Positions 61,997 to 64,000 of a DNA stretch of 64,000 nt are shown in pieces. The notes beneath the pieces were generated by a model. That model did not search any database, had not been told where the DNA came from, and worked only from the letters and a program-made list of their open reading frames with translations. This DNA is from Octopus sinensis. Taxonomy: Eukaryota. The position numbers and the translations under genes were made by a program. The stretch's first letter is position 1. Each line of letters starts with the position of its first letter. Location: positions 44,392,001 to 44,456,000 of the forward strand of contig NC_043006.1 in the NCBI RefSeq assembly GCF_006345805.1, read 5' to 3'.

Positions 61997-63529
61997 GTAA
62001 GTTAGATCCTTCTATTTTCTTATTTCTTTATTGCCCACAAGGAGTTAAACATTGAGGGGACAAACAAGGACAGACAAAGGGATTAAGTCAATTACATTGA
62101 CCCACTGCGTAACTGGTACTTAATTTATCGACCCTGAAAGGATAAGTTGACCCAGGCAGATTTTGAACTCAGTACATAACAGCAGACGAAATATCACTAA
62201 GCATTTTGCCCAGAGTGCTAACGTTTCTGCCAGCTCGCTGCCTTAAATTTTCTGAGATCTGTTACTGCAAGACGTGATCACATTGCAGCCTGTTTGTGTA
62301 TATTCATAAAAAGAAATAAGTTTGATTATTATGAGCATGAAGAATCATTTCTGATTTGTGATTTGTTTTGTATCCTATTGTATTGAGTGTTGTTCTTTGC
62401 GGAGGTACTTAACGCCTAACTCTGCTTGTATTTTGTAAGACTGATTTAGCAATTAATGAAGTTCTCTCTTTTAACATGTGAGTATTATGGTGTTGATAGT
62501 TTTCATGAAGCACCACATAAAGGGAAGTGATGAGTTTTGGCAAACTGACCCCTAGGGCAAGTGGCTGATGATAATGATGTGAAGTCACAATGATTTGTGC
62601 TGTGGCATGGTTAGCATGGAATAGGTTAGAGTTCAGCTTCTTCTCAGTGTTTAGTATTGGTACATGATTAGCAGCTGCAGAGAAGATAAAATGTGGCTGG
62701 AACTCTCCAGTACAGATTTTGTAGTTTCGTAGTGTTATATAATTACTTGAAAGAGAAGATACATTACATTAGCTAGGGGTATATAACCTGTGATACTTTC
62801 TGCTCCTCACTTACCAAACATCTTTGATTTTTTTCCTGTGAAACAAGTAAGAATTGAAAATAAATGAATCTACAATGGTTTGATGACTAGTGGTGCTGAT
62901 AATATCACATTTTCATGCAGAAAATGTATGAATGATATGGACTAAGTCTGTAGGCTTGATAAACTTTAGGAGTATGTTCACTTCAGGTGACTTCCATACG
63001 ATGCATTTCATCACACCAGGAGTCTTTGTCGTCTATTATTATCTTTGGTAGATGTGTCTCTGGCAATATCACCAATATAGTCGAGTAGGTTTTGTCCTCT
63101 GTTTGCATGTGGCAGTCTCTAGATGCAACATTTGATATAGCTTGGAGTGTAGCACAGAGTGGCCGGCAAAACCTTCATTAGGCTGAGCAACAATAGTAGA
63201 GATGGGTGGAATGTGTCTATAAATCTCTTCTTTGGTCTCATGCTCACACCATTAGATATTTTGAACCTCCATGAAAAGGGGTGTGGTACTGTAAAGCAAT
63301 ATTAGCTTAAAAGCTGCCTGATAGAGCGGCTTTTTAGCTACTGACCTTGAATGGGAAGATCTACAAACAGATCTCTGACTTGTTGCAATTACTTCCTCCA
63401 GTATCATCTCCCAATGATGACCATATCCATTGCAAAAAATCCCGTTAAAAAATCGCCAAAAATATTTTGCTGGAGTTTGCAATTTCAGTTATTCCCAAAA
63501 TTTATTTCAAGTTATACAAATTGTTATCA

Positions 63530-63830
63530 TACAAAAAAATTTGTCACAAAAATTCACATAAAAAAATTGCCGAGAACAATCACAGTAATGGAAACTTGGG
63601 AAATCCAAAATTTCAGGATTACGGGTCCGGAGTTAGCCCAGAGTGTTTTTAATTTACTCACAGAGTTAGTCTTTAGATTATAAAAATTATTATTGTACAA
63701 AAAAATTTGTTGCAAAATGTCATATAAAAAAATTGCCTAAAACAATTGCAGTAATGAAAACTTGGGAATACAAAATTTCAGGATTGCGGGTCCGGATTCA
63801 GCCAACAATGTTTTCAATTTACTCACAAAG
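63530..63830 (+). repeat. Diverged ~165-bp tandem duplication
   Basis: ACAAAAAAATTTGT..AAAAAATTGCC..CAGTAATG.AAACTTGGGAA..CAAAATTTCAGGATT.CGGGTCCGGA occurs twice. Confidence 0.65.
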
Positions 63831-64000
63831 TTGGCCTGATTCCAAAATGGCATGCTATGTTGGGCTACGGCCTCTAAGAGTAAAGTTGAAAAAGTGTGAC
63901 ACACTGACATTCACATTTATTATATTAGATATTTTCCAGTCAACAGCTGCAGCAAAATACTCATGTAAACAAATACTTTAAATAGGTTTATTTTGAAGCT

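Noticed and set aside
62000-64000. Further PIWI exons (MID and PIWI domains)
   Set aside because: None is recognisable before the window ends, so the catalytic tetrad cannot be assessed.

Overview
AT-rich, microsatellite- and SINE-dense animal genomic DNA, most likely an octopus or other coleoid cephalopod (inferred from the repeat families, not proven). It holds two divergently oriented spliced genes that I reconstructed exon by exon with consistent GT-AG phases. RPL8 (uL2) is on the minus strand with six coding exons, 22658->15348, 259 aa. A PIWI-clade Argonaute of the PIWIL2/Ago3 type is on the plus strand with 12 coding exons from 39131 to 61996 (480 codons: RG-rich N-terminus, N, L1, PAZ and start of L2) and continues past the window end. 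The last RPL8 intron carries two C/D-box snoRNAs of the SNORD37/U37 type. The most notable non-coding signal is a set of type I hammerhead ribozyme (HHR) motifs tied to Penelope-like or retrozyme repeats. These are a ~480-bp tandem array with one HHR per unit and an internal inversion (1-2164), a perfect 283-bp palindrome holding two HHRs with a compensatory G3-C8 core swap, a canonical-core HHR downstream of a decayed Penelope RT/GIY-YIG element, and further core variants. The rest is transposon debris: a Helitron, RTE LINE fragments, a zinc-knuckle LINE ORF1, mariner/Tc1 relics, MITEs and three SINE families. Most ORFs in the supplied track are spurious. Repeat boundaries were set by eye and are approximate.
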